Virus record (IMG/VR): IMGVR_UViG_3300035180_001220
Span: 1-64,000 of that record
Direction: 5' to 3' (one strand)
DNA from: a virus
Lineage: Duplodnaviria; Caudoviricetes
DNA length: 64,000 nucleotides
The notes under the pieces: model-generated
The model's input: the letters and a program-made list of their open reading frames with translations, nothing else
Databases searched by the model: none
What the model was told of the DNA's origin: nothing
In this document: piece after piece, positions 17,811-28,696 of the stretch
Layout: each line of letters begins with the position of its first letter
Numbering within the stretch: position 1 is the stretch's first letter
Translations under genes and position numbers: made by a program

Positions 17811-18688
17811 TCAAGACTCTCCCCGTTAACTTGCTAGGTCGCGATTACGTTTGCGGGGATATTCACGGGTCCTATACTCGTGTGATGCAGTTTTTGGCGC
17901 ATGTAGATTTCGATAAGACTAAGGATAGACTTATCTGTGCTGGTGATTTGATCGATCGCGGTCCAGAGAATGAGCAGTGCTTGCATTTGCTCTATGAGCC
18001 ATGGTTTGAATGCGCTATGGGCAATCACGAGTGGATGATGGTCGATAGCTTTAAGCATGGCGGGCTTGATTATGGCATGGCATGGCTAAATCATGGTGGC
18101 ATGTGGGCTAGAGATTATATCTCTGAACCTTCTAATGTGGGAGCATTTGTTCGCGGGGCTGTAGAAGATAAGATGCAGCATCTGCCTTTTTTGCTAACTG
18201 TTCCTATGGCAAATGGAAAGAAGTTCCACGTTCTGCATGCAGAAATTTATTATGACGAGCATCTCACTGATGCAAATATGACTGACGAATATTTGATGAA
18301 ACAAATAATGACACGTCAGACATATGATGGTGATGTAGTTTTATGGGGTCGTAAATACTTTATCCGTTTTTACGATACGACCCTAGATGATAGAGTGATA
18401 GATAAGTTTAGAAAGAGTTTGACCCTGGACAATAAAACTCTGGGCTCATTGTTTAACTCTGGATTATCTCACATCTATTCTGGCCATACTATTGTAAGAG
18501 AGCCTATCCAGTTTATGGGACAGACGAATCTTGATACAATGGCTTATGGCAGTTATCCTAGTGATAGCCGATATGGAGCAGTTGAACCACCAGCATGGTG
18601 CGGGTTAACTGTTACTGAACCTAAAACAGACACATTCTGGCATGTTAGCCAGAATGGTGTTAAAGAAATTAAACCTGTAGTAATTTGA
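17804..18688 (+). CDS. Ser/Thr protein phosphatase (NinI-like metallophosphoesterase)
   Basis: GDIHG, GDLIDRG, GNHE, GHT motifs. Confidence 0.9.
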   Translation: MLIKTLPVNLLGRDYVCGDIHGSYTRVMQFLAHVDFDKTKDRLICAGDLIDRGPENEQCLHLLYEPWFECAMGNHEWMMVDSFKHGGLDYGMAWLNHGGMWARDYISEPSNVGAFVRGAVEDKMQHLPFLLTVPMANGKKFHVLHAEIYYDEHLTDANMTDEYLMKQIMTRQTYDGDVVLWGRKYFIRFYDTTLDDRVIDKFRKSLTLDNKTLGSLFNSGLSHIYSGHTIVREPIQFMGQTNLDTMAYGSYPSDSRYGAVEPPAWCGLTVTEPKTDTFWHVSQNGVKEIKPVVI

Positions 18689-18702
18689 AAAGGAAACTCA
18701 CA

Positions 18703-18924
18703 ATGTCACGTAACTCCAAGAACTCCAAGCGCATCGCAGCAGCACGCGAAATGTCCAAGATACGCGTCGCAGGTGGGCATGGACCTTCGAAGACAGAACC
18801 AAAGCACGGAAAGAAAAATGCTTGGTGGCAGAAATTCCGCAGTTATGCGGAGTATGTGTCGGGTCCGAAGAAGAGTGGAAGGAAAAATGCAGCAGGTGAA
18901 GACGGACTTGAACTAACAGTCTGA
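18703..18924 (+). CDS. small basic protein
   Basis: SD aagga; K/R-rich. Confidence 0.55.
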   Translation: MSRNSKNSKRIAAAREMSKIRVAGGHGPSKTEPKHGKKNAWWQKFRSYAEYVSGPKKSGRKNAAGEDGLELTV

Positions 18925-19411
18925 AAATGAAAGAGAGATTAGCATCCCTTAAGATTGGGGCGTCCTGGTTATTCGGGGTACCCCTTATCATTATTGCGGC
19001 GATCTTCTTTATCAGTGTTACGGTTAGCCTATTTCTTATAGAGGTCTCATTTAATAAGAACAGATCTAAACAAAGTCTTCCATAAACGACACAAGTCAGT
19101 TACTGACTATTTCAAACCATATCGTCACTTGAAGAAATTCAGCACCGCTGTTAAAGGAGAAGACGTCGGTGTCCGCTGAGGGAATCGAATGGCTGAGATG
19201 GAGAGCATTCTACTCTTTTATTTGTAGCAGTTGATGGAGCAATCTGCGCAGCTGTCAGTAAGTCATGGGGCAAGTTCTACAGTGAAACTGAGCAGAACCG
19301 CTAAAGGCACCGGTGAAATTTTTCCCAAAAGTATGGAAATCCTACTAAATACCATGCTACTAAAACAAAAACTGCATCAAAGAAGATGCTTAGAAAGGCA
19401 GGGATACTCAA

Positions 19412-19708
19412 ATGAGCAGAGCAATTGCCAGAGTTGGTGACAAAGTATCTGAGGTTCGGAACACTGATGGTGATCAGACGGACTACGTGATAGCTACTGG
19501 CTCGCCCAGCGTGTTTATCAATGGCAAAGCAGTTGCCAGGCTTGGAGATAAAGATTCGGATAACGATCCCATTACATCGGCATCACCTTCTGTCTTTGTA
19601 AATGGGATTCCTGCTGCAAGAATTGGTGATGATGTAGCAGATGATGATGATCCAGGGGGCGACCCCAAGAAAATAGTTGAAGGTTCAAAAAATGTTGGTG
19701 GTGTATGA
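19412..19708 (+). CDS. PAAR spike-tip protein
   Basis: ARVGD, GSPSVFINGKAVARLGD, PAARIGD repeats. Confidence 0.9.
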   Translation: MSRAIARVGDKVSEVRNTDGDQTDYVIATGSPSVFINGKAVARLGDKDSDNDPITSASPSVFVNGIPAARIGDDVADDDDPGGDPKKIVEGSKNVGGV

Positions 19709-20331
19709 TGCAAACTTATCCTAACCTTTGGGTGATTAACGATATGGCTAATTCGGAGAAGCCAGATATTATTGCGCACTTACAGCGACTTGACGCTAAT
19801 GATCGCTACCTTCGGTTCTTTACTGTTCTGAATGATGAAGCTATTGCTCGTTATGTCAATGAGATGATAGACTTCAAGACGCAAATTGGCTACGGCATCT
19901 ACGATACAGACAAGAAGACATTGATTGCGTTCGCCCACATCACTGAAGATAAAAATGGGACCGCTGAAGTTGGCATCTCTGTAGATAAAGCATTACGTGG
20001 TGTTGGGCTTGCAAAGAATCTAATGGAAAGAATTTTAGTGCATTGCAAGGCAACGGGAATAAATACACTGTTCATGTCATGCTTGCGAGAGAATAAGATT
20101 ATGCAGTCTATGGCTCGTAAGGCAGGACTTCATGTTGTTTTAGACCATGATGAAGCAATAGCACACCTAGAGTTAGACGTAAATCCATTTCAGAAAGTAG
20201 TTTATCAAACAAAAGAAATAGCACATCAACACGTAACGATTTTTGACAAATGCTACCGTCAAAATGCGTTGTTGCTTCAATCTATGTTTGACACTACATA
20301 TGCTCTCTACAATCGAAGAAATAGTGGATGA
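19705..20331 (+). CDS. GNAT N-acetyltransferase
   Basis: DRYLRFF; AEVGISVD..LRGVGLA; CLREN..M. Confidence 0.88.
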   Translation: MMQTYPNLWVINDMANSEKPDIIAHLQRLDANDRYLRFFTVLNDEAIARYVNEMIDFKTQIGYGIYDTDKKTLIAFAHITEDKNGTAEVGISVDKALRGVGLAKNLMERILVHCKATGINTLFMSCLRENKIMQSMARKAGLHVVLDHDEAIAHLELDVNPFQKVVYQTKEIAHQHVTIFDKCYRQNALLLQSMFDTTYALYNRRNSG

Positions 20332-20647
20332 TCTTTATAAGAATCTCCTCCCCAACAAAAAATTATTGCTGAAGAAAACTCCTTTCGAAGGGTTAATAGA
20401 ACTCAACTGTTCATTTGGTAAAGTAATCCGCATTCGATATCATCTGACATCTGATAACCCAATTGTCAGGACGTGGTTTGATAACCCAGCCAATCGTGTT
20501 ATAATAGGTCATCTGGATGCAAGTGAAGATCACCCTTATAACGTTAGCCTAAAGATTATACAAGAAGTCTGGAAAAAAGTAAATGCTGAAAATACTATGA
20601 AAGTTGCTGGGCTGTATGACCACATTGGGTCATCATTAAAGAAGTAA
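20327..20647 (+). CDS. hypothetical protein
   Basis: ORF coupled to the previous stop; start uncertain. Confidence 0.45.
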   Translation, partial: DDLYKNLLPNKKLLLKKTPFEGLIELNCSFGKVIRIRYHLTSDNPIVRTWFDNPANRVIIGHLDASEDHPYNVSLKIIQEVWKKVNAENTMKVAGLYDHIGSSLKK

Positions 20648-20734
20648 CGATGTATAGTGAATTGAGAGAAACACTGCCAATTGGGATAAGTATATCCTTC
20701 AGTGCGGGCACATAAGCAGTAAGAAGACCTACTA

Positions 20735-21265
20735 ATGAACGTTATATTCCTTGACGTCGATGGCGTCCTAAATTCAGAGCGCTCGTTCCTAGCAGGCGAT
20801 AGTCGCAGCATGCAATATGAGATAGATAATCCAGACGATCCGTATTGGCAAAAAATTACGATATGCACTATTGATCCTGTTGCAGTCGATTTGGTGAATC
20901 GTGTCTGCCACAAATGTGATGCTAAGATTGTAGTTTCATCTACTCATCGAAAGCATTTCCCAGATTCAGATGACAAGTTGGTTCTAATGAAGAACTATTT
21001 TGAAGCTCTTGGAATTAACAAAGAATACATTATTGGATGGACAGAATCCTTGAATGCAATTAGAGGGGTTGAAATCAAGGATTACTTAGATCGACATCCA
21101 GAAGTGACTGATTATGTTATCCTCGACGATTCATCGGATATGATGCCAGAACAGATGCCTTTCTTTGTTCGGTGTGACGGTTTGGTTGGGGTTTCATCGG
21201 AAAACTACTTTCAGATGATGAAATTATTCAAGAGTTCCGAGCCACCGATTCTAACATTAGACTGA
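20735..21265 (+). CDS. HAD-domain protein (Swiss Army Knife RNA-repair-like HAD)
   Basis: IFLDVDGVLN, VVSST.R, RGVEI..YL, YVILDD. Confidence 0.85.
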   Translation: MNVIFLDVDGVLNSERSFLAGDSRSMQYEIDNPDDPYWQKITICTIDPVAVDLVNRVCHKCDAKIVVSSTHRKHFPDSDDKLVLMKNYFEALGINKEYIIGWTESLNAIRGVEIKDYLDRHPEVTDYVILDDSSDMMPEQMPFFVRCDGLVGVSSENYFQMMKLFKSSEPPILTLD

Positions 21266-21469
21266 TTACTTTCTGCAGGGTATAGTGTATAATTACTTAT
21301 CTTCAAAAAAGAAAGTTTATCGTGGATTTTGAAACTGTTGTTTTGCATTATGCTGTTGAAATTATTGGCAACCACATCAAGCTAAATTCACTAATGACAC
21401 TCTTTTTGTGAGCGATATGAAATGATGTCTGTTCCGATAAAGTGTTCAAATGTGTTTGCTGAGGAATAA

Positions 21470-21733
21470 ATGATGACAAAGTTCAAGACAGAAGATACTG
21501 GTTTCTTCACAATGGAAGATGCCACTGCTGTTCTCAAATTGAATACTGAGCTTTCTAAGTTGTATGCGCTAACAAAGATTGACGACTTTGTGAAAGCACA
21601 CCCGCAAACACAGCAAAAGAACATTGACAAAGCTCGCAAGATGGTTTTCAAAGCCCGTAATTCAACCGAGCTTTCATTCAGTATCTCTAACTTTGTGCTT
21701 GCACACACCTCCGAAAATCTCGCTGTAATCTAA
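21470..21733 (+). CDS. hypothetical protein
   Basis: 87-aa ORF, SD gagga. Confidence 0.6.
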   Translation: MMTKFKTEDTGFFTMEDATAVLKLNTELSKLYALTKIDDFVKAHPQTQQKNIDKARKMVFKARNSTELSFSISNFVLAHTSENLAVI

Positions 21734-21746
21734 GGGGAAAAACAAA

Positions 21747-21932
21747 ATGAAATTCATTGCTATTGCTCTTATTGCTCTTTCACTTGCTGGCTGCGGCAAG
21801 TTTGATCAACTTGAAGCTCATTACACTGGTTGGTCTGAAATCTGTGTGAAGGGTGTTCAGTACATCCAGTTCACGTCAGGTTCCAGTGTTGAATATGATC
21901 AGGCTGGACAAGTTGTAAAGTGCGGTAAATAA
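21747..21932 (+). CDS. small lipoprotein
   Basis: Lipobox LAGC after a hydrophobic signal. Confidence 0.75.
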   Translation: MKFIAIALIALSLAGCGKFDQLEAHYTGWSEICVKGVQYIQFTSGSSVEYDQAGQVVKCGK

Positions 21933-21941
21933 AGAATACTT

Positions 21942-22019
21942 CTGACCATAGCTCAGCCGGATTAGAGCAATTGCCTTCTAAGCAATAGGTCGGGGGTTCG
22001 AACCCCTCTGGTCAGGCCA
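21942..22019 (+). tRNA. tRNA-Arg(TCT)
   Basis: attgc-CTTCTAA-gcaat; GCCA. Confidence 0.92.
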
Positions 22020-22024
22020 TTAAT

Positions 22025-22666
22025 GTGAAACTTAAAGATATAAAAGCTGCAGCTAAAAATAATTTCTGCGATACACGTAAAGAGTTCGTTGATACTTTTT
22101 TGGGCGAGATGCCAGGTATGGCAGGCGATTTAGATCTTTACCCATCGTTGCTGAATATAATAAATGATCTTCAGTCAAACGGTGTTAATAGCAATAAAAT
22201 TTCTGAAAATCTGTTTAAGATAGTATCACATGATGTTGCTTATTATTGGGCTGAGCAACTTAAGGTTCCAGTTCTCATTATAGAAATACGAATTAAGCCT
22301 GATGCATATTATGTAAGCATGACAGGTAAAAAGTCAGAGGCATTTGGAAAACCGCCATATGCTTCTGATTTATATGAAGCTATTTTGAAAGACAGTAAGC
22401 ATTCATTATTGTTTAGTGATGAGTATTTATCTGACAAAAGTTTTGATATATGGGCCAGATTACTAAAGGATGGTAAGAAGATTTCAGTTTATGATACTAA
22501 GGAGATGAAACCTATTCGTATTTCATCTCCTGAAGATCTAAAGCAATTTTATCATTCAACCGGAAAAAGATTTAGATTTACTTTATCAGAGAACCATTTA
22601 ATGGATGGTGCTATAATGGCTAAATTTAATCTTTATAGAACAAGGAAAGAGAATAATATTCTTTAA
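22025..22666 (+). CDS. virion-leader protein, possible divergent GNAT fold
   Basis: MKLKDI start; LFSDEYLSDKSFDIWARL resembles the paralogs. Confidence 0.6.
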   Translation: MKLKDIKAAAKNNFCDTRKEFVDTFLGEMPGMAGDLDLYPSLLNIINDLQSNGVNSNKISENLFKIVSHDVAYYWAEQLKVPVLIIEIRIKPDAYYVSMTGKKSEAFGKPPYASDLYEAILKDSKHSLLFSDEYLSDKSFDIWARLLKDGKKISVYDTKEMKPIRISSPEDLKQFYHSTGKRFRFTLSENHLMDGAIMAKFNLYRTRKENNIL

Positions 22667-22672
22667 CATAAC

Positions 22673-22750
22673 GCACTATTAGCTCATTGGTAGAGCGAGG
22701 ACTTCTAAACTCCGGGCTGGGGGCAGGTTCGATCCTAACATAGCGCACCA
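22673..22750 (+). pseudogene. degenerate tRNA (anticodon TCT or CTA, ambiguous)
   Basis: D arm and ACCA present; anticodon and T stems mispaired. Confidence 0.5.
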
Positions 22751-22760
22751 TTTTTATATT

Positions 22761-22973
22761 ATGAAAACGTACCATATTGCACTTGTCGTTGCTGTTCTCT
22801 ACGGTTTGTTCTTATCAATAGGATACATCCATACAGAAGGGTATGGTGGTATGTTCAATGAGATGCTTGTCCTTTCTGGTATGTGGTGGATGGGTGGATG
22901 GTTTCAAGCAGCATTGGAAAATGCAAGACAAGAGGAAGAGGAAGAGGAAGATGTTGGACCCGCATCCATGTAA
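22761..22973 (+). CDS. small membrane protein
   Basis: Two hydrophobic segments and an acidic tail. Confidence 0.55.
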   Translation: MKTYHIALVVAVLYGLFLSIGYIHTEGYGGMFNEMLVLSGMWWMGGWFQAALENARQEEEEEEDVGPASM

Positions 22974-23672
22974 TCAATCTTGGTCTCCACTAAGTGTGGC
23001 ATAGTGCTATCGGCTGGTATAATTTCGGTCACGCTTTGAAACCCTATCACAATATTCAGCACACATTTAAAGTTGATGCTGTTATGTTTCTTGAAAAGTT
23101 CCTAACCTGTCGCGAATACATTCTAATCAGCGCGATCGACCATCTGACCATCTGACCATTATCCCTCGTATATTCATTTAACAACTAAAGACAAAGTTGG
23201 CTTAGCTGTGCTCAAGGTAAAAACTTGCTACGGCTGGCATCGCTGTGTCTTGCTTTTATGAACAGCCCGTGAAAATGGCACTTACTGAAGAAGTGCGATT
23301 TCAAATGAGTACGGAAAAGCTTCTCATACACAATATCACGAGCTACTAAGTGAGCTAAACCACGCGTCGCTAAACCACGAAGTCCGAACTCCGTTCGGAC
23401 TCACAGGAATTTGCAAAGAATTATCACACCATTAGTTATCTTGCACGTCCTATTGACAGCCCCGAATTCAAGGCATTCTTTTCAATACGGGACAAGCTTT
23501 CTAAAGCTGAAAACATAAGAGCATTTGCTAAGAAGACTGCTTGAGAACTGCAGGAAGCAAAGGTAGAAGCTGAACATCAATGGCACTTAGCTCGGAAGAT
23601 CTAAGTTTACTTTATGCGGGAACTGTAGTATAATTATAGTTCCTGCTAAATATCTTTTTACTTGGAGGTTAT

Positions 23673-23837
23673 ATGAAGATCGTAATAAAGGTGGCTTCGC
23701 CACGCAACCAAGTGCTCAATCGGATTCTTCGCTCGAAGAAGAATGTGAAGCATTCAGATGAACGTTTTCCAACTCGCGCTCAGCGCAAGCAAGCAGCTTT
23801 TCGCTCTGAAAAACCTTTTGCCCTTGGACTGATCTAA
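23673..23837 (+). CDS. small basic protein, ArfA-like character (54 aa)
   Basis: SD ggagg; RNQVLNRILRSKKNVKH; stop lies inside a strong hairpin. Confidence 0.55.
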   Translation: MKIVIKVASPRNQVLNRILRSKKNVKHSDERFPTRAQRKQAAFRSEKPFALGLI

Positions 23838-23964
23838 AGGCAAAAGGTTTTAATCTATGTTATAATAGACTATGATGATTTTGTAAAGGGCTCTAATTAC
23901 AAATGACGAAATTCTGAGAGATCAGAATAAATAAAGTTGAAGATACCACTCTTTGGAGCATAAG

Positions 23965-24252
23965 ATGAAAGTTTTTGAGATTTTGCGTAAGGATGTTGCA
24001 GAGGTTACAGAGCAACAAGTTATTGACCGTATTAAAAACTTTGATTGGAAATATGAATTTTCCGATGATGTGTCAAGCATTACCTGGGGCACGCGAGAGT
24101 TGGAACTAATTGAGAATATGGTTTATCAGGTTTACAAAAAGAAGCCTGAGGCCGCAATAAATATCTGGAATGAATACAGTCCAGAAGGTACTAGCGACAA
24201 ATCAATCGTACCTTCTTTTATCCTAAGACTTGAGTCACAGGATAAATCGTAA
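23965..24252 (+). CDS. hypothetical protein with MKVFEI leader
   Basis: SD ggag; FDWKYEFSDD motif. Confidence 0.65.
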   Translation: MKVFEILRKDVAEVTEQQVIDRIKNFDWKYEFSDDVSSITWGTRELELIENMVYQVYKKKPEAAINIWNEYSPEGTSDKSIVPSFILRLESQDKS

Positions 24253-24341
24253 GAGCTTTTGATCACGAATAATCGGGGTCATTAGAGGAGAGATGCCGAA
24301 AGGGTCTCATTATTAATGTTCGCTTATTAAAGGAGCACACT

Positions 24342-24773
24342 ATGTCAAATGATATTTTCATTAACGATTTTCTTAAACACGCCTTCGGATTGCACGACAC
24401 TGTTAACCAAGTAGCTCGTCTCCGCACTCACAACCAATCTTTCCCTCCATATAATATTATTGTGAATGATGCAAGTCATCCCACAGAATATAAGCTTGAG
24501 CTTGCAGTTGCTGGTTTCTCCAAAGACCAAATTGCTGTTAAGATCCGTAAAGACAATGGAGTAAGTATGTTGGTTATCACTGGCACCAAAGACGAAGATG
24601 CGAAAGAACAGCACTATCAAGTACGTGGTCTTTCTAACCGTTCTTTCACTCGTGAATTTACTATGTCTGATGCTGTTAAGGTTGATGCAATCAAACTTGA
24701 AGATGGTATTCTAACAGTAACACTTGTTACTCAAGAAGTTCTTCAGAAAGAAACTATTCTTCAAATAAGTTAA
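24342..24773 (+). CDS. small heat-shock protein Hsp20 (IbpA-like)
   Basis: FPPYNI, LELAVAGF, RSFTREF, LEDGILTV. Confidence 0.93.
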   Translation: MSNDIFINDFLKHAFGLHDTVNQVARLRTHNQSFPPYNIIVNDASHPTEYKLELAVAGFSKDQIAVKIRKDNGVSMLVITGTKDEDAKEQHYQVRGLSNRSFTREFTMSDAVKVDAIKLEDGILTVTLVTQEVLQKETILQIS

Positions 24774-24804
24774 GGAATTGGGGAGTGTCACTCCCCCCCT
24801 CTAC

Positions 24805-25374
24805 ATGTTTTTAAATCGCAGAGGGATTGAAGAATCCCACCTACATAATTATTCAGAATATCTGTATAAAGTTTGGTCATGCGGAGAATCTCTTTTAGTT
24901 GCATATCTTAAAAATAAGATCCAAGTTCATAAAGTCTTCGTTAAGAAAGATAGAGCTTGGATCTATTTCGCTGTTGATACTACAAAACAAATAACAACTT
25001 CACTTGGGTATATTTGTCTTCGCACCATTCCTAAATGGAAGGCTCTTGAGACTTTTAATCTTTATGTTCTGCCAGAGTATCGTGGCATGGGTATTGCTCT
25101 TTCACTTTATGATGCAGTATTTAAGGATGGAAAAATTGTTGTATCAGGGTGGAGCCACACTAAGAAATCTCACGGCTTATGGATGAAGTTGGTTCAGAAT
25201 CCAAGGTATGTTGCTTGGGCACATGACATGCTGAATCTAGCTCGATTAGCCCCAATACTAATAGAAAATGATGAGTATGTTTGCGAGTTAAAGCTTTATG
25301 ATAACATGAAGAATGTCAGAAAAAAGAAATTAGAAGACATACGAATAGTAATTTACAACCCAAAATACATATGA
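24805..25374 (+). CDS. GNAT-like acetyltransferase
   Basis: LYVLPEYRGMGIALSLY. Confidence 0.75.
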   Translation: MFLNRRGIEESHLHNYSEYLYKVWSCGESLLVAYLKNKIQVHKVFVKKDRAWIYFAVDTTKQITTSLGYICLRTIPKWKALETFNLYVLPEYRGMGIALSLYDAVFKDGKIVVSGWSHTKKSHGLWMKLVQNPRYVAWAHDMLNLARLAPILIENDEYVCELKLYDNMKNVRKKKLEDIRIVIYNPKYI

Positions 25375-26081
25375 TAAACACTGAACTTAATACCAATTTG
25401 GGTTATCCTAAAGAAAATCCATTTGCCCCTAAAAAGAAGCCACTTACTATCAGTTCAAATGATGATGTGAGTTTGATGATTGAGACTGTTTCTGGTCGTC
25501 GAATTAATCCTACTAATCCAGATGCTCTTCAGATTGATATTCAAGATATTGCCTGGTCTCTATCTCGAATCCCCAGATATGTCGGACACACCATCACCGC
25601 CACTCCATATAACGTAGCCCAGCACTCTGTCTATGTAGCCCAGCTCGTTGAAAAGATGATTACTCGTGAGATAGTAACTCCAATCCCAGAAGATGACCTT
25701 GACGCTGCCTATGCAGAAGGTAGCTTGGGTCTTCATGCCCTCTTCCATGATGCGCATGAAGCTTACACTGGTGATATCCCATCACCTATTAAGCGCATAC
25801 CAGAGCTGCGGGGTCCTCTTAAGGCAATCGAGCAAAGACTTGATTCAAGTATTCGTGAAGCCTTTGGTCTGGAAGATCCATCTGAATCTATACGGAATAT
25901 CGTCAAGTACGCTGACAACCTGGCACAAGCAGTTGAAAGCTACCAGTTCATGTCATCTCGTGGGCTCAGCTGGAATTTGCCGAAAGCATCACTTGCTCTA
26001 CTCCATGACTTCCAGGGACCTAAATCTCCACTTGAATCGTATCAAATCTTCTTGGAAGAGTACAGTTCGTTGAATGGGTGA
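25371..26081 (+). CDS. HD-domain 5'-deoxynucleotidase (YfbR/YfdR-like)
   Basis: DIAWSLS..RY.GH, YNVAQHSV, HDAHEAYTGDI.SP.K. Confidence 0.88.
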   Translation: MINTELNTNLGYPKENPFAPKKKPLTISSNDDVSLMIETVSGRRINPTNPDALQIDIQDIAWSLSRIPRYVGHTITATPYNVAQHSVYVAQLVEKMITREIVTPIPEDDLDAAYAEGSLGLHALFHDAHEAYTGDIPSPIKRIPELRGPLKAIEQRLDSSIREAFGLEDPSESIRNIVKYADNLAQAVESYQFMSSRGLSWNLPKASLALLHDFQGPKSPLESYQIFLEEYSSLNG

Positions 26082-26118
26082 TAAATAAAGCAACATATTT
26101 CTACCTATAGGAGCACCC

Positions 26119-26595
26119 ATGAAACTAATAAAAGAACTGCTTGAATCCAATGGAATTTCCGTTGTAGCTAATAAAAATTCAAAGAACAAGGAAATGTTCA
26201 CCGTCAAGCTCAAGGGTGAGCCAATTGGTTCTGTTTGGCAGGACGATGATTCATGGTCTGCAGAGTACGACGCTACTGGAGCATCCTGGGATAGCTTAGA
26301 TTCTAAGCAAGACGCGGTTGATAAGGTTACAGATCAGCTGAACGAGTCATCCAATGAATACGCTACTACAGAAAATGAACAAGCTCGTATGAGGAACATG
26401 CTCGACGTACTTGAACAGAACATCGACCGTCTTGGAACACAGCTCTCTGCCCAATCTCAGCTCGCAAAGCTGATTGCTAAGGTTGGTGGTGATGAACGCC
26501 ATTTCAAGAGCATTGTAAAAGACTTTGATTCCCTGCACGAAAACGTTCATGATTTGGTCAAATACACAATAATACATATGAGTGATGAGGACTAA
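26119..26595 (+). CDS. hypothetical protein with virion leader
   Basis: MKLIKELLES; late promoter ATAAATA at ~26081. Confidence 0.65.
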   Translation: MKLIKELLESNGISVVANKNSKNKEMFTVKLKGEPIGSVWQDDDSWSAEYDATGASWDSLDSKQDAVDKVTDQLNESSNEYATTENEQARMRNMLDVLEQNIDRLGTQLSAQSQLAKLIAKVGGDERHFKSIVKDFDSLHENVHDLVKYTIIHMSDED

Positions 26596-26600
26596 AATAA

Positions 26601-27728
26601 ATGTCGAAAATAATCAAAGCTTACGCTGAAGAAGTGAAGAAGCCGTCCATGTCCCTCATAAAGTCAATCGAGAATGGTCTCGTTGCTGAGGGACCATTCA
26701 ACGCGCTTAAGAGCTTAGTTACTGGTTCAAAGTCAGCTAAAGATGCCACTACCCCCGACCGTGCCACATCTGATTCAATGTCAGAAACCCTTTCAACTAA
26801 TCTCAATAAGATCGTTGATGAGTTACTTCACACTACAGACGATCGCTACGTTATTTTCTGCACACTTGGATTCGTTAGCAAGTTCTATCTCAAGGCTGGC
26901 GGTGGTCAAGGTGTTATTGAGCAAGTAAAGAATGATGACGTTCTTAAGAGCATCTCAGCTTTCCAAGCTAGAGACGCTGGCTTCAGCCTTGTCAAGCTTG
27001 ATCCAAAATTTCAATTTACTGACCTTATTAACAGTGCTGGCTCATCTTACAACGCGGCTGTCATCCTTGACATCCCAAAGCAGTTAAGCGATGAACTTGA
27101 AAAGGCAAAGAGCAGTGGCGACACCAACAAGATTCGTGAAACTCTAATCAAGATGATGAGCCACAAGTACTACGTAATGACGCTTAACGTTCCACAAGCC
27201 AAGAAAATTTCAGCTGATATGGACAAGCATCGTTCAGCGTTTGACGAGCAAGTCACGATCTTCAATCCAGCAGTAATCGCAAACTACCCAGTTAAAAACA
27301 TCCTTGATTCTGCTAAGCTTGAATGGCAAGATGAGCACTCTTACAAATATGCTGAAATAAAATCAAAACCTCATGCAGAGGATGCTGAATCACCTGAGGG
27401 TGGCACTGACAAGGAAGGTAAGCCAAGCGTATCAAAGACACCTTCAGGCGGTCTTGATTTGAATAAGTCAATCATGGACGCGGTTATATCTGGTAAGGGT
27501 GATGCTGACAAGATAGCACAGCGCCTATTCTTCACTCTCAACAAACACTTTGATCTTCACACGGTTGAAAATGCAATCATTGAGTTGGGAGCAGCATTTG
27601 GTGGGGGTATCCTGAACAAGCTTAACGCTATCCTCACCCAAAATTACGCCAATGAGTGGGAAAGAAAGCAGCCAGCAGGAGACAAGTCAAAGTCAGCAGC
27701 GGAACAGCACCAGGATAATGAAGAATAA
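26601..27728 (+). CDS. hypothetical (probable virion) protein
   Basis: 375-aa ORF, LVAEGP cleavage-like site. Confidence 0.7.
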   Translation: MSKIIKAYAEEVKKPSMSLIKSIENGLVAEGPFNALKSLVTGSKSAKDATTPDRATSDSMSETLSTNLNKIVDELLHTTDDRYVIFCTLGFVSKFYLKAGGGQGVIEQVKNDDVLKSISAFQARDAGFSLVKLDPKFQFTDLINSAGSSYNAAVILDIPKQLSDELEKAKSSGDTNKIRETLIKMMSHKYYVMTLNVPQAKKISADMDKHRSAFDEQVTIFNPAVIANYPVKNILDSAKLEWQDEHSYKYAEIKSKPHAEDAESPEGGTDKEGKPSVSKTPSGGLDLNKSIMDAVISGKGDADKIAQRLFFTLNKHFDLHTVENAIIELGAAFGGGILNKLNAILTQNYANEWERKQPAGDKSKSAAEQHQDNEE

Positions 27729-27842
27729 CTAAAAAGTTGCTGTGAAAACAGTTAGATGAATTTACGACATAAGGTGTAACTAAACAGAGTTTAAAAATTG
27801 GGTCCTTACTCTGTTGGCCGTTACAATTAGGAGTCATCATTA

Positions 27843-28641
27843 ATGCACAAAATAACCTAGTCTTCTGGGTGAAGACAGCTGGTAAAGTTTTACGCGAGAA
27901 GGATGGTATAGTTTATGTGCCATTTGGATCGGAATATTCCCTCTATCTGAAAAACTTGACTTACCGTCGATGCCAAGTAAAAATTGGCATCGACGGTAAG
28001 TCAATTTCCGGAAATGACAAATTCATTATTGCAGCAAAAGGAACAATCGAAATAGAACGTTTCATCAACAATGGAAACACGTGCATGGGAAATTGATTCA
28101 AGTTCATTGAAAGAACTTCAAGTGTTGAGAAACACCGTGGTATCCAAGTCGAAGATGGTTTGATTACGGTTGAGTATGAATTTGAAGCATAGCCCAGCAA
28201 TAGTACCAAGACGGCGGCGTCTTCCGGATTCCTCCATTAAATCTATCACAGCGGTCAAGCTCTACTCCTTACTATCTGCTGGGTGTAAGAGGACTATCTA
28301 GTTTTAACTTTGACAGCCAAATCTGCAAATATGATGGAGATACTGATAGTGCTAAGTACAACGTGCCAAGAAGCAAATCAGTTGCTGTGGCAAATCAGAA
28401 CTACGCAGGTATTATAGTTCAAGGTTCGCTATCAACACAGAAGTTCCGGCAGGCAGAAGGGATTATCTCTGACTGCGTGAAGCACGTGTTAACAATCCAG
28501 CTTCTTGGGGAACTTGAGTCTGTGCCGGTGGTTAAACCAGTTCTTGTAACGCACAAACCACGGGGCAGAACTTGCGGTAAAATCAACAAGGCAATTTCGA
28601 AATTCTGCACTGAGTGTGGTACCTCACTTTCAACCATTTAA
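27843..28641 (+). pseudogene. disrupted gene with C-terminal zinc ribbon
   Basis: PFGSEYS.YLKN...IERF fragments across frames and stops; ends KFCTECGT. Confidence 0.65.
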
Positions 28642-28696
28642 CAAATGAGCTAAGTCATTCTATCTCCATATAAATAATCAAAATGCGGGAGATAGA

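Noticed and set aside
22673-22750. Amber-suppressor tRNA and genome recoding
   Set aside because: Anticodon arm is mispaired and ambiguous (TCT or CTA); long genes read in the standard code and several end at TAG.
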